Positions 1 through 7,683 of a stretch of 57,045 nucleotides of DNA are shown here, piece after piece. Source of the stretch: a virus (Duplodnaviria; Heunggongvirae; Uroviricota; Caudoviricetes); the IMG/VR virus record IMGVR_UViG_3300012983_000003, positions 64,001 to 121,045 of that record. One strand, 5' to 3'. Position numbers and translations under genes: made by a program. The notes below the pieces were generated by a model that was not told the origin of the DNA, ran no database searches, and worked only from the letters and a program-made list of their open reading frames with translations. Every line of letters begins with the position of its first letter. Within the stretch, counting starts at the first letter, position 1.

Positions 1-2
1 TA

Positions 3-467
3 AGGAGTGATATTATCAATACCTTAAAGATTGAAGCCCTACTTGCTCAAAAATATGGGTATCGTCCCTTACCAGACGACTTATCTGGTAAATATCGTAA
101 TTTCTTCATCGAGAACATTCCTGACTTTCTCAATATAGACGGTGATACACAAACTTTATACACCTCACAACACACACCAGTTTGCAACGGATACGATAGA
201 ATTGTTGTTGGTGATTACGGTGCATTTATAGAGTTTTCAGAGGATGCTATTGCGTCAGATTTTGTTATTGAAAATGGTCAAGAATATAGAGTTAACGATA
301 AGAAATATTCAAAATCGGTTAAATATGTATGGCTAACAACAAAAGACGGAAGCCATATTAAGATTTATCTTCAAAAACGCAAGGTAACTTATGCTGATTA
401 TAGACCGCATAAGTATTATATCAGTGTTCACGAAGTTACTTTAGCAAAAGAACGAAAGGATACATAA
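3..467 (+). CDS. Hypothetical phage protein (~151 aa), missing from the ORF track because it has no ATG/GTG/TTG
   Basis: Stop-free frame 3..467 (INTLKIEALLAQ...RIVVGDYGAFIEF...YADYRPHKYYISVHEV...) whose TAA overlaps the dUTPase ATG (TAATG). AAGGAG at 2-7 precedes ATT(12)/ATC(15); the frame may also extend left of the window. Confidence 0.7.
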   Translation, partial: RSDIINTLKIEALLAQKYGYRPLPDDLSGKYRNFFIENIPDFLNIDGDTQTLYTSQHTPVCNGYDRIVVGDYGAFIEFSEDAIASDFVIENGQEYRVNDKKYSKSVKYVWLTTKDGSHIKIYLQKRKVTYADYRPHKYYISVHEVTLAKERKDT

Positions 468-952
468 TGGTAATTAACATTAAGAAAACAGATAGTAATG
501 CTACTATCCCCACGCGCGGTTCTGACCGTGCCGCAGGTTTCGATTTATATTCCAATGAAACATCGGTTCGTATTCCCGTTGGCGAAACCAGACTGATTGG
601 TACTGGTGTATGTATGGAAATTCCCGATGGTTATGCAGGTTTGGTTTACGCACGAAGCGGTCTTGCCTCTAAGCGCGGTTTACGACCTGCGAATTGTGTA
701 GGTGTTATCGACCCCGATTATCGCGGTGAAATTAAGGTAGCCCTACATAATGACTCTCAAGAGTGTCAGACAATCCACATTGGAGACCGTCTTGCACAGA
801 TTGTTATTACTCCGTTCTTAGCCGTTGACTTCAACGAAGTCGATGAGCTTAACGAAACCGACCGTGGCGAAGGTGGTTTCGGAAGTACAGGTGTGAACAA
901 AGAACCCACGCCTGAGTACGAACAACTCTCTTTATTTGACGCTTCTATATAA
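467..952 (+). CDS. dut: Trimeric dUTPase
   Basis: Motifs AGFDL, ARSGLA, GVIDPDYRGEI, GDRLAQ, RGEGGFGSTG; C-terminal extension ending QLSLFDASI. Confidence 0.97.
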   Translation: MVINIKKTDSNATIPTRGSDRAAGFDLYSNETSVRIPVGETRLIGTGVCMEIPDGYAGLVYARSGLASKRGLRPANCVGVIDPDYRGEIKVALHNDSQECQTIHIGDRLAQIVITPFLAVDFNEVDELNETDRGEGGFGSTGVNKEPTPEYEQLSLFDASI

Positions 953-968
953 CAAATAAGGATTGAGT

Positions 969-1139
969 ATGCAGAATAAAGAACTCACTTCTGCTCACTC
1001 AAATAAGATTTATGCTGCGCTTAAACTAATTGAAAACCTCTATAAACAAGGACTCATTGACCAACACATTTTTATAAATATTCTCAATGATTATAAGAGA
1101 TGCGTCGATATATCTGATTTCAGATGTCGCACTCAATGA
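969..1139 (+). CDS. Small 56-aa protein upstream of the serine recombinase
   Basis: ATG 969 after AAGGA, TGA 1137-1139; MQNKELTSAH...LIENLYKQGLID... Short helical ORFs of this kind often precede large serine recombinases. Below the ORF-track size cut-off. Confidence 0.6.
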   Translation: MQNKELTSAHSNKIYAALKLIENLYKQGLIDQHIFINILNDYKRCVDISDFRCRTQ

Positions 1140-1173
1140 TATATACATACCCAAATAGAATAGGAGGATATGA

Positions 1174-3036
1174 ATGTATCAAGGTCTAATTGAGAGTCCA
1201 GAAATGCGTAGGGTTGTAATTTACGCAAGAGTTTCTACAGAGCACGAAGCTCAACTTTCCGCTTTGGAAAACCAGAAAGATTGGTACAAACCAATCCTTG
1301 CTCAACATCCAGAGTGGGAAGTTATAAGAATGTATGTTGATGAGGGTATAACTGGAACATCCGCAAAGAAGAGACCTCAATTTATGCAAATGATTGAAGA
1401 CGCTGATTACGGCGAATTTGATTTGATTTTAACAAGAGAGGTCTCTCGTTTTGCCAGAAATACGGTTGATACCCTACAATATACACGAGAGCTTAAATCT
1501 AAAGGCGTAGAGGTTTACTTTATCAACGATAATATCCGTACATTTGATGGTGATGGTGAATTAAGATTGACCATTATGGCTACCTTAGCACAAGACGAGA
1601 GCCGTAAGACTTCCGTTCGCGTTAAGAGTGGTCAACAAACATCAATGGATAACGGTGTTTACTACGGTAACGGTAATATACTTGGGTATGACCGTGTAGA
1701 ACAAATCGTCAACGGCAAGAAGCAAGTTGATTTTGTTATCAACCCCGACCAAGCACAAACCGTAAGAATGATATTTGACTGGTATCTTAGCGGTATTGGT
1801 ATCCGTGCTATTAAATTTCGCTTGGAACAGGAAGGAAGACTTACTGCGACCGGCAAATCAAATTGGCACGAAAGCAATATTTCAAAGATATTACAGAACT
1901 CATTTTACGGTGGTATTATTACTTATCATAAAGAGTTTGTCTCTGATTATCTCGAACAAAAACGAATTCGTAACTTTGGTGATATGGAATATACAAAGGT
2001 GCGTGGCAGACACGAACCAATTATTACCGAGGAAGAGTTTGATAAGGTTCAAGAGATGATTGCTAAACGACGCAGAGAACTGCCTACCGATGTATCAGGC
2101 AGAAGAAAACCTCTCGGAGAAAAGAGAGGCTGTGATGTTTGGACAGAACTACTTATTTGCGAATGTGGTCATAAATTTAATCGTAAAATATGGCATAGAA
2201 CCGATAATGAAACTCAGTATGGTTATCAATGCTATAGTTCAATAAGAAGTGGCTCTATAACAACCAGAATGAACAAGGGGTTATCTACTGAGGGTGTGTG
2301 TAGAACTCCAATGATAGCGGGTTGGAAATTACAGATGATGGTTAAGCACATCTTTAAAGAGTATTTACAGAACACGGTTGAAATTCTCGCCATTGCACAA
2401 TCAATGTTGGAAAAGCATATTGATGATAAACAAGACACCAAAAACAATGCTCGGTTGATTAAACAAAAAGAAGCCGAGATTGAAAAATTAAATAAGCGTT
2501 TAAATAATCTTATTGAGATGAGAGCAGACGGCGAAATTACTCGCGAGACCTTTCAGACCAAGAAAGAGGAAATCGAGACGCAGATTGGAAAACTCCAAAA
2601 AGAACTTATAGATTTGAAACCTCGAGAGAGGAAATCCACAGATGTTTCCCACGACGAGAAAATCAAAATCCTAAAGTTCTATTTGGAACAATCGGTAAAT
2701 CCAGATGCCGTTGAGAACATATCGGAAGATGTCATAAAGGCTTTCGTTACAAAAGTCGTTGTGAGAGAAGACGGTTTTGACTGGTATCTCAGATTTAGTC
2801 CCGATAATTCGCCAACCTCGTTAGGTATAAATGGTCGTAAAAAGAGTAATGCCACAATCTCCTCACTTCGTTTGCCGCAACACAGGCTGCTATTAACGAA
2901 AGTAGGAAAAAGTAATTTCGTCAAAGCACAAGAGTTCTCAATAGATTTAAGTCAAGCCAAGACTTATCTCTACGCATACTCTACAAGGCACAGAATTTAT
3001 AATTGGTTAGACCTGAATATTTCGGTATTCATTTAA
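1174..3036 (+). CDS. Large serine recombinase (integrase)
   Basis: Catalytic YARVST, REVSRFARN, recombinase domain (HEPII), Cys zinc-ribbon (CECG...YQC), coiled coil; AGGAGG SD. Confidence 0.95.
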   Translation: MYQGLIESPEMRRVVIYARVSTEHEAQLSALENQKDWYKPILAQHPEWEVIRMYVDEGITGTSAKKRPQFMQMIEDADYGEFDLILTREVSRFARNTVDTLQYTRELKSKGVEVYFINDNIRTFDGDGELRLTIMATLAQDESRKTSVRVKSGQQTSMDNGVYYGNGNILGYDRVEQIVNGKKQVDFVINPDQAQTVRMIFDWYLSGIGIRAIKFRLEQEGRLTATGKSNWHESNISKILQNSFYGGIITYHKEFVSDYLEQKRIRNFGDMEYTKVRGRHEPIITEEEFDKVQEMIAKRRRELPTDVSGRRKPLGEKRGCDVWTELLICECGHKFNRKIWHRTDNETQYGYQCYSSIRSGSITTRMNKGLSTEGVCRTPMIAGWKLQMMVKHIFKEYLQNTVEILAIAQSMLEKHIDDKQDTKNNARLIKQKEAEIEKLNKRLNNLIEMRADGEITRETFQTKKEEIETQIGKLQKELIDLKPRERKSTDVSHDEKIKILKFYLEQSVNPDAVENISEDVIKAFVTKVVVREDGFDWYLRFSPDNSPTSLGINGRKKSNATISSLRLPQHRLLLTKVGKSNFVKAQEFSIDLSQAKTYLYAYSTRHRIYNWLDLNISVFI

Positions 3037-3046
3037 TCACACAGTT

Positions 3047-3085
3047 AAGGGCTATGAGACTTCGGTCTTGTAGCCCTTTCTTTTT
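3047..3085 (+). terminator. Rho-independent terminator of the integrase
   Basis: 14-bp stem AAGGGCTATGAGAC / GTCTTGTAGCCCTT (2 G-U pairs), C(TTCG)G loop, followed by TCTTTTT. Confidence 0.85.
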
Positions 3086-3094
3086 ACCCTAATG

Positions 3095-3151
3095 ATAATG
3101 TTAATAATTATGAACAAAAACCGACCTTTTGTCTATAATTATAAACATTAT
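3095..3151. other. Candidate attP: 25-bp imperfect inverted repeat
   Basis: Arms 3095-3119 and 3127-3151 match 22/25 as reverse complements, 7-bp centre ACCGACC, directly downstream of the serine integrase. The function is inferred. Confidence 0.5.
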
Positions 3152-3165
3152 TCAAAGTGTCATTT

Positions 3166-3228
3166 TTGCACTTTGGAACCCTTGTAAATGTGCAAGAATT
3201 GCACTTTAAAACATTAGAAAATGTGCAA
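3166..3228. repeat. Two tandem 30-bp palindromic sites, TTGCACTTT-N12-AATGTGCAA, 33-bp period
   Basis: Copies 3166-3195 and 3199-3228 have identical 9-bp arms and different spacers. Confidence 0.8.
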
Positions 3229-3367
3229 ATAATAACACCCCGTAGAACGCGTTTTAAGGCTGTTTTTAGGGGTTTTCTGATTAGCCTACAACTTACCTGC
3301 CTAAACCCGAAACTCGCGTCAGAAACGAACTGTGTGGGCGTGGCGTAGGTTTAAAAGGTCGTCGCGC

Positions 3368-3405
3368 AAAAAAATGGAGACCAACCAATAAAGGTCAATC
3401 TCCAT
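3368..3405 (-). terminator. Terminator of the lysis operon
   Basis: On the minus strand an ATGGAGA...TCTCCAT stem followed by a T run (A tract 3368-3374), just after the stop at 3414. Confidence 0.6.
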
Positions 3406-3413
3406 CTTAATTT

Positions 3414-3986
3414 TTATTCTTCACCAATATCAATAACCTTAAGCAACTTCATTGCAGGCACGACATCCGTGTGCATATATCCGTTGCCGCCTGCGGCTTC
3501 GTATTCCGAATAAAGTTCCCAGAATGTTTCTGACTCTACTCGTGTCCAAGAACCAGAGGGGTTCGTGTTCGGATTGGTGTAGTAGCGATGACTTTGCAAC
3601 AAAGTGTCTCTCATCTTATTACGCTCTCTGCGAGTTTCTGTTTCTTCCATACGATGTACGGTTTCGCTCACAGTATTGAGTTGTGTAACGGTATCTTTGT
3701 GTAAATCTTTCAGTTCTTGAATTTGGCTTTCAAGTTTGTGCTGAATATCAATACTCTGTTGACGATACTGAGGATACTTATGTACGGCATCAAGTGCTTC
3801 TTTAATGTCGGCATCGCGTTGTTTTTCAATTTCAGCTTTTTCTAACGCTTCCTTTGCCTTGCTATCAAAGTGCTTCTTCACTTGCTTATAAATGCCCCAT
3901 AAGAACACGATTGCAAGAATAAGCTCAACTACTTGTAATACGGTGATATCACCGAAAATATTTAAAAATTCGTCAAGTCCTTTCAA
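3414..3986 (-). CDS. Holin-like / lysis accessory membrane protein
   Basis: One N-terminal TM segment (VLQVVELILAIVFLWGIY) plus coiled coil, C-terminal YEAAGGNG; last gene of the lysis cluster. TTG start after GGAGGTG. Confidence 0.6.
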   Translation of the reverse strand: MKGLDEFLNIFGDITVLQVVELILAIVFLWGIYKQVKKHFDSKAKEALEKAEIEKQRDADIKEALDAVHKYPQYRQQSIDIQHKLESQIQELKDLHKDTVTQLNTVSETVHRMEETETRRERNKMRDTLLQSHRYYTNPNTNPSGSWTRVESETFWELYSEYEAAGGNGYMHTDVVPAMKLLKVIDIGEE

Positions 3987-4047
3987 TCATATCACCTCCA
4001 ATCAATAATAGGGTGCCACCGCTAAGTAGCACCCTTGCAACTTCTAA

Positions 4048-4413
4048 TTATGCCTCTGCGGGAGCGTCGGCAGTTTCAGTAGTTGTAGTCTTGTTGAAGG
4101 CATCATTGAATTCGGCTACGGCAGCCTCAATAAGCATCCTGAGTTCGATATCAGTAACAGCGATATTTTCAGACTGTAACATCTCGGATGCGGCTTTTAG
4201 CGCTTCCTGTAACTTCTCTTCGCCGTGTAAATCCTTATAGATTTGCTCGACAGCCTTCACGCAAGTTTTTGCGATATCCTGCTTTGTTTTGTTATCAAGC
4301 CACTTGGTGATAACCTTCTTCAAGTAAGCACCGAGATATGTAGCGACAAAAGTAATAATTGCCATCATAATCTCAACGCCATAAGCAGAAATAAAATCAG
4401 TAATTAACTTCAT
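4048..4413 (-). CDS. Phage holin (LL-H-like family)
   Basis: N-terminal TM, then VKAVEQIY..GEEKL..A and LIEAAVAEFN pattern; directly downstream of the endolysin. Confidence 0.8.
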   Translation of the reverse strand: MKLITDFISAYGVEIMMAIITFVATYLGAYLKKVITKWLDNKTKQDIAKTCVKAVEQIYKDLHGEEKLQEALKAASEMLQSENIAVTDIELRMLIEAAVAEFNDAFNKTTTTETADAPAEA

Positions 4414-4425
4414 AAACCTACCTCC

Positions 4426-6378
4426 TTATTTTGTTCCTTTGCGGAAAATTTCAATCAAAGACTCAAGTAATTTCTTAATCACCTCAATAATGATGTTCAC
4501 AATCTTACTTGTGTCTTGTGTCTTTTCTGGTGTGTCAACAATATCTGTGGGCGGTGTAACGACAGGTTCCTTATCGGGTGTTTCCTGAGGTAACTCTGTC
4601 GGAAAATATTTTTCAATATCCGCATCTGTCACAGCCATACCTACAATCTGATTGTAAATCGCACGGATTTTCTGACCGTAAGTATTATTAGCAGCCATAG
4701 CCTTGGCGGGAGTATCGTATGTTTTTGTGTCATAGCCCGGGCAAGCCCATCTGCCTGCTAACTGTTGCCAGTAAGGTGCAATACCTCTGGTAACATATTT
4801 AAAACGCGGGTCAACTATCGTTTCATTTAAAGCGTCCTTAGAGCCATAAGCAAATAAATGTTGTAACTGTGCTGTTACACCATCTTCGATAGTATTAAAC
4901 TTACCACCCTCAACACCGTTACTTGTAACGCCGAGACCACAGTAATTATGCTGTTCTGGTGTAACCGCAGAACCCGCATATTTAAACCAGCCTGTCTCAA
5001 GAATAGACTGCGAAATAGCCATCACAGGGTCGATATTGTATTTGGGAGCGAGCTTCCAAAATGCTTTTGCAATTTCAACATCAAAACCACTATTGTTAGA
5101 AACAATCTTTTTGATTGCCTTTACACAGTCAGTCTCTGTGCGAGAAATACTTTTATCTACGATTAAGTTTTTCTCTGGGAAGTCTAAATCATATACTGCT
5201 ACAACCTTTACTTCCTCCTTGGGTTTCTCAACTTCAGGAGTGGGTTGTGTCGGCTGAGTAGGCTGAGTGGGTTTGGTTTCAGGTTTGGTTTCGACAGGTG
5301 CCGTGTATTCATATACAACCTTGTAGTTCCAGTCAAAAACCTTATATCCAGCTCCAGCCTTGTTACACGCATCTTTGGCGTTGTCGAGAACGCTATATGC
5401 GCCAACTTGGGATTTTGCGTCATCCTTGGACTTACGCACTCGATACAGCTTTTGAGTTGTATCTGTGGTCGGAGTTGCGGGCTTCGGAACTACATTCTCC
5501 GCAGGGTTAATCCAACCACCTGCGCTTGCTCCTGTCTTATCGGTGGAAATGTTATACATACCGTTATATCCGTTCGGATATTTGGAATAGATATAATATG
5601 TTCCAGCCTCATAAGTACCCTTACTGTTCTTTTTGCTTTGTGCGTCAGAAGCAGTAGCGTATTTGTTAATCTTAGTTACAACGGAATAGGTCTTCCCTGT
5701 GGTAGAAACAGGAGTAGATGTAGCAGACTTATCTGCCGCGAGTAATGCAGCAACATCCTTTCGTGCTGTAGCCATAGATTTGCCGTGCTTCGGGAACCAA
5801 TGGTTAACATCGCTATGATTGCTACCCATTCCAAGTTTGTAACTGTCTTGGTGACAAAGAATTGTTGGAACCTTGACACCATTTACATTAACAGTACCGT
5901 TAGGGTCAATATTAAACATTTTGCAGAGGTACGCTGTGATTTCGCACGCCTCTTTATATACTGCATTGAAGTATGTTTTATCGGTTAAACCGTCCTCGCA
6001 AATCTCAAACTGTATCCAGCCAGAGTTGCAGGAACCCTTAGAACCACTACCACAACCCCACGGGCGATAATCCCAAGGCATAGTCTGGATTGTGGTGACA
6101 GTACCGTCGGCAAGTTTACCAATCCAACAGTTCAAGCCAGCCTGACGCTCAATATGGTTCCAGTCGTTCTTATAAGCGTTCTTACCAATCTGAGCGAGCG
6201 TAACAGTATCTCTTTTATCTGGCGTATCACTTGGTTGCACATAGCGTTTGAGTGTAGGATTATTCGCACCGGTGCTATGCCACAACACGCCCTTAACTGT
6301 CATTTTGTTTGTACCCTTATAACAGGTGCTGTTAGTTTGCATACAAACTAAAGGTTTGTTGGATGCCGTATACTTCAT
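4426..6378 (-). CDS. Endolysin: amidase_2 domain + cell-wall-binding/SPOR-like repeats + GH73-like glucosaminidase
   Basis: LWHSTG, FEICED, ILCH...HSDV (Zn amidase); P/T linker; AISQSILETGWF...HNYCGLG (glucosaminidase). The real start is ATG 6378 after AAGGAGG, not 6444. Confidence 0.9.
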   Translation of the reverse strand: MKYTASNKPLVCMQTNSTCYKGTNKMTVKGVLWHSTGANNPTLKRYVQPSDTPDKRDTVTLAQIGKNAYKNDWNHIERQAGLNCWIGKLADGTVTTIQTMPWDYRPWGCGSGSKGSCNSGWIQFEICEDGLTDKTYFNAVYKEACEITAYLCKMFNIDPNGTVNVNGVKVPTILCHQDSYKLGMGSNHSDVNHWFPKHGKSMATARKDVAALLAADKSATSTPVSTTGKTYSVVTKINKYATASDAQSKKNSKGTYEAGTYYIYSKYPNGYNGMYNISTDKTGASAGGWINPAENVVPKPATPTTDTTQKLYRVRKSKDDAKSQVGAYSVLDNAKDACNKAGAGYKVFDWNYKVVYEYTAPVETKPETKPTQPTQPTQPTPEVEKPKEEVKVVAVYDLDFPEKNLIVDKSISRTETDCVKAIKKIVSNNSGFDVEIAKAFWKLAPKYNIDPVMAISQSILETGWFKYAGSAVTPEQHNYCGLGVTSNGVEGGKFNTIEDGVTAQLQHLFAYGSKDALNETIVDPRFKYVTRGIAPYWQQLAGRWACPGYDTKTYDTPAKAMAANNTYGQKIRAIYNQIVGMAVTDADIEKYFPTELPQETPDKEPVVTPPTDIVDTPEKTQDTSKIVNIIIEVIKKLLESLIEIFRKGTK

Positions 6379-6395
6379 ATATACCTCCTTAAATA

Positions 6396-6429
6396 CAAAA
6401 AGCCCTTTATGTCGCGTGACATAAAAGAC
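6396..6429 (-). terminator. Putative terminator upstream of the endolysin
   Basis: Stem around TTTATGTC-GCGT-GACATAAA, followed on the minus strand by TTTTTGT. Confidence 0.5.
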
Positions 6430-6485
6430 CAGTTTTATATACAAAAAGGAGCCTATATTTCAAGACTCCAATTTGTATGCCTTAT

Positions 6486-6938
6486 TTAGTTTAGAGACCA
6501 TTTATAATGTGGCTTATCTTCTTTGAAAAGCCAGTAGCGTAAATAGTCGTCAAGAATAATAGCTATGCCAACCAAAAATAGCCAAGCAACAGCAAACGGT
6601 AGGCATATCTGTCCAAATAGATTGAATGGTGCATCTGAGTAATCCCAAACACCGAGACCGAGCCATAGGTTAAGTATGCACCCAAATATGAATTCAAGCA
6701 CCAATACAATAGCGGTGCCTATAAAGGTCTGTATAATAAATGGAGTATCCCACGAAAGATATTCGTTAATTGCCCCGATAGCAAGGAAACACAGACCGCC
6801 GAGAATAAACATAGTCCAATGTGTAGGTGTGCTACCTCTCAACGCTCTCCATAGAACTTCGATGAGTAAATACACCGTTCCACCAACGCTAAATAATATA
6901 GCGGGCTTCAGAACCTTTTTCACATTACTCACCACCAT
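6486..6938 (-). CDS. Four-TM membrane protein (CmpB/'putative ABC permease'-like family)
   Basis: Four hydrophobic helices; pattern IEVLWR...HWTMF.LGG...LEF.FG.ILN...WDYS..PFN..GQIC. The start may be GTG 6923. Confidence 0.65.
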   Translation of the reverse strand: MVVSNVKKVLKPAILFSVGGTVYLLIEVLWRALRGSTPTHWTMFILGGLCFLAIGAINEYLSWDTPFIIQTFIGTAIVLVLEFIFGCILNLWLGLGVWDYSDAPFNLFGQICLPFAVAWLFLVGIAIILDDYLRYWLFKEDKPHYKWSLN

Positions 6939-7683
6939 TCGCAGCGAGCATTGTCTTAAGTACCTCGGATTGATGTTCCTCGGGAATAGCCATACCGTAC
7001 TGAACGGCGGCTACAGATTTCTTTCGTTTCAAACTGTTAATATACATTTTTAAGGTATTGAAATAAGAAACCTGATATGTTTTAAATTGAGTTGCTGTTG
7101 TAATAATGGTGTTGATATCCTCTGCGGAATAAAACCTACATAACTCATCATCGGCGTGATAAGGGATGTGTGTTTCGCCATTAGCAACCATAGAAGACAA
7201 AGTAATAAGATTGAGTTGGTCTTGTGTAGTTAAAGAGAAGTGGTACTGATTACCGTCGCTCAAAATTACATCAAAACCATTTGTAATGATTTGATTACAT
7301 ACATAACTCATTTCGTTAATCTTTGCTTCTTTAAGATAATCGAGAGTTACTTCTTCGATGGGGTCAATTACGGGAGCTTCTTCGACAGGCTCATTTTGTT
7401 CCTGTTCAATTTCAATCTCTTCTCCCTTTTCAACAGCGGCAAGTAATATGTCGTATTCGTCTTTCTCAATTCTGACTAACTCAACCGTTTCATAGGAGAC
7501 TGTATCGGTGGTAACAGGAACCATCCAATCTGCACGATAGAATAAATCACCGCATTGAACATACTGAGCACGCTCTTCATCACAAGCTAAGATAATACTA
7601 TGCCTGTGTTGGAATTCACGGAAATTATGCTGAGTAGCAATTCCAACGAAATTCGTGCCACTTATCAGTTTGTAATAATTCAC
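6925..7683 (-). CDS. Tail-fibre-associated protein (DUF4376-like C-terminus)
   Basis: LKEAKINEMS..CNQII..GF.V...HFSLT..DQ.NL...YHAD..LCR.YS pattern typical of small genes following phage fibre genes. Confidence 0.55.
   Translation of the reverse strand: MNYYKLISGTNFVGIATQHNFREFQHRHSIILACDEERAQYVQCGDLFYRADWMVPVTTDTVSYETVELVRIEKDEYDILLAAVEKGEEIEIEQEQNEPVEEAPVIDPIEEVTLDYLKEAKINEMSYVCNQIITNGFDVILSDGNQYHFSLTTQDQLNLITLSSMVANGETHIPYHADDELCRFYSAEDINTIITTATQFKTYQVSYFNTLKMYINSLKRKKSVAAVQYGMAIPEEHQSEVLKTMLAANGGE

Noticed and set aside
5240-5295. Short tandem repeats in the endolysin
   Set aside because: Ordinary PTQ/KPET linker coding repeats.
7625-7683. 59-nt overlap of the RT C-terminus with the next gene as a sign of frameshift
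   Set aside because: All RT motifs and the usual end region are upstream; the extension is most simply stop-codon drift, and the downstream gene has its own SD.
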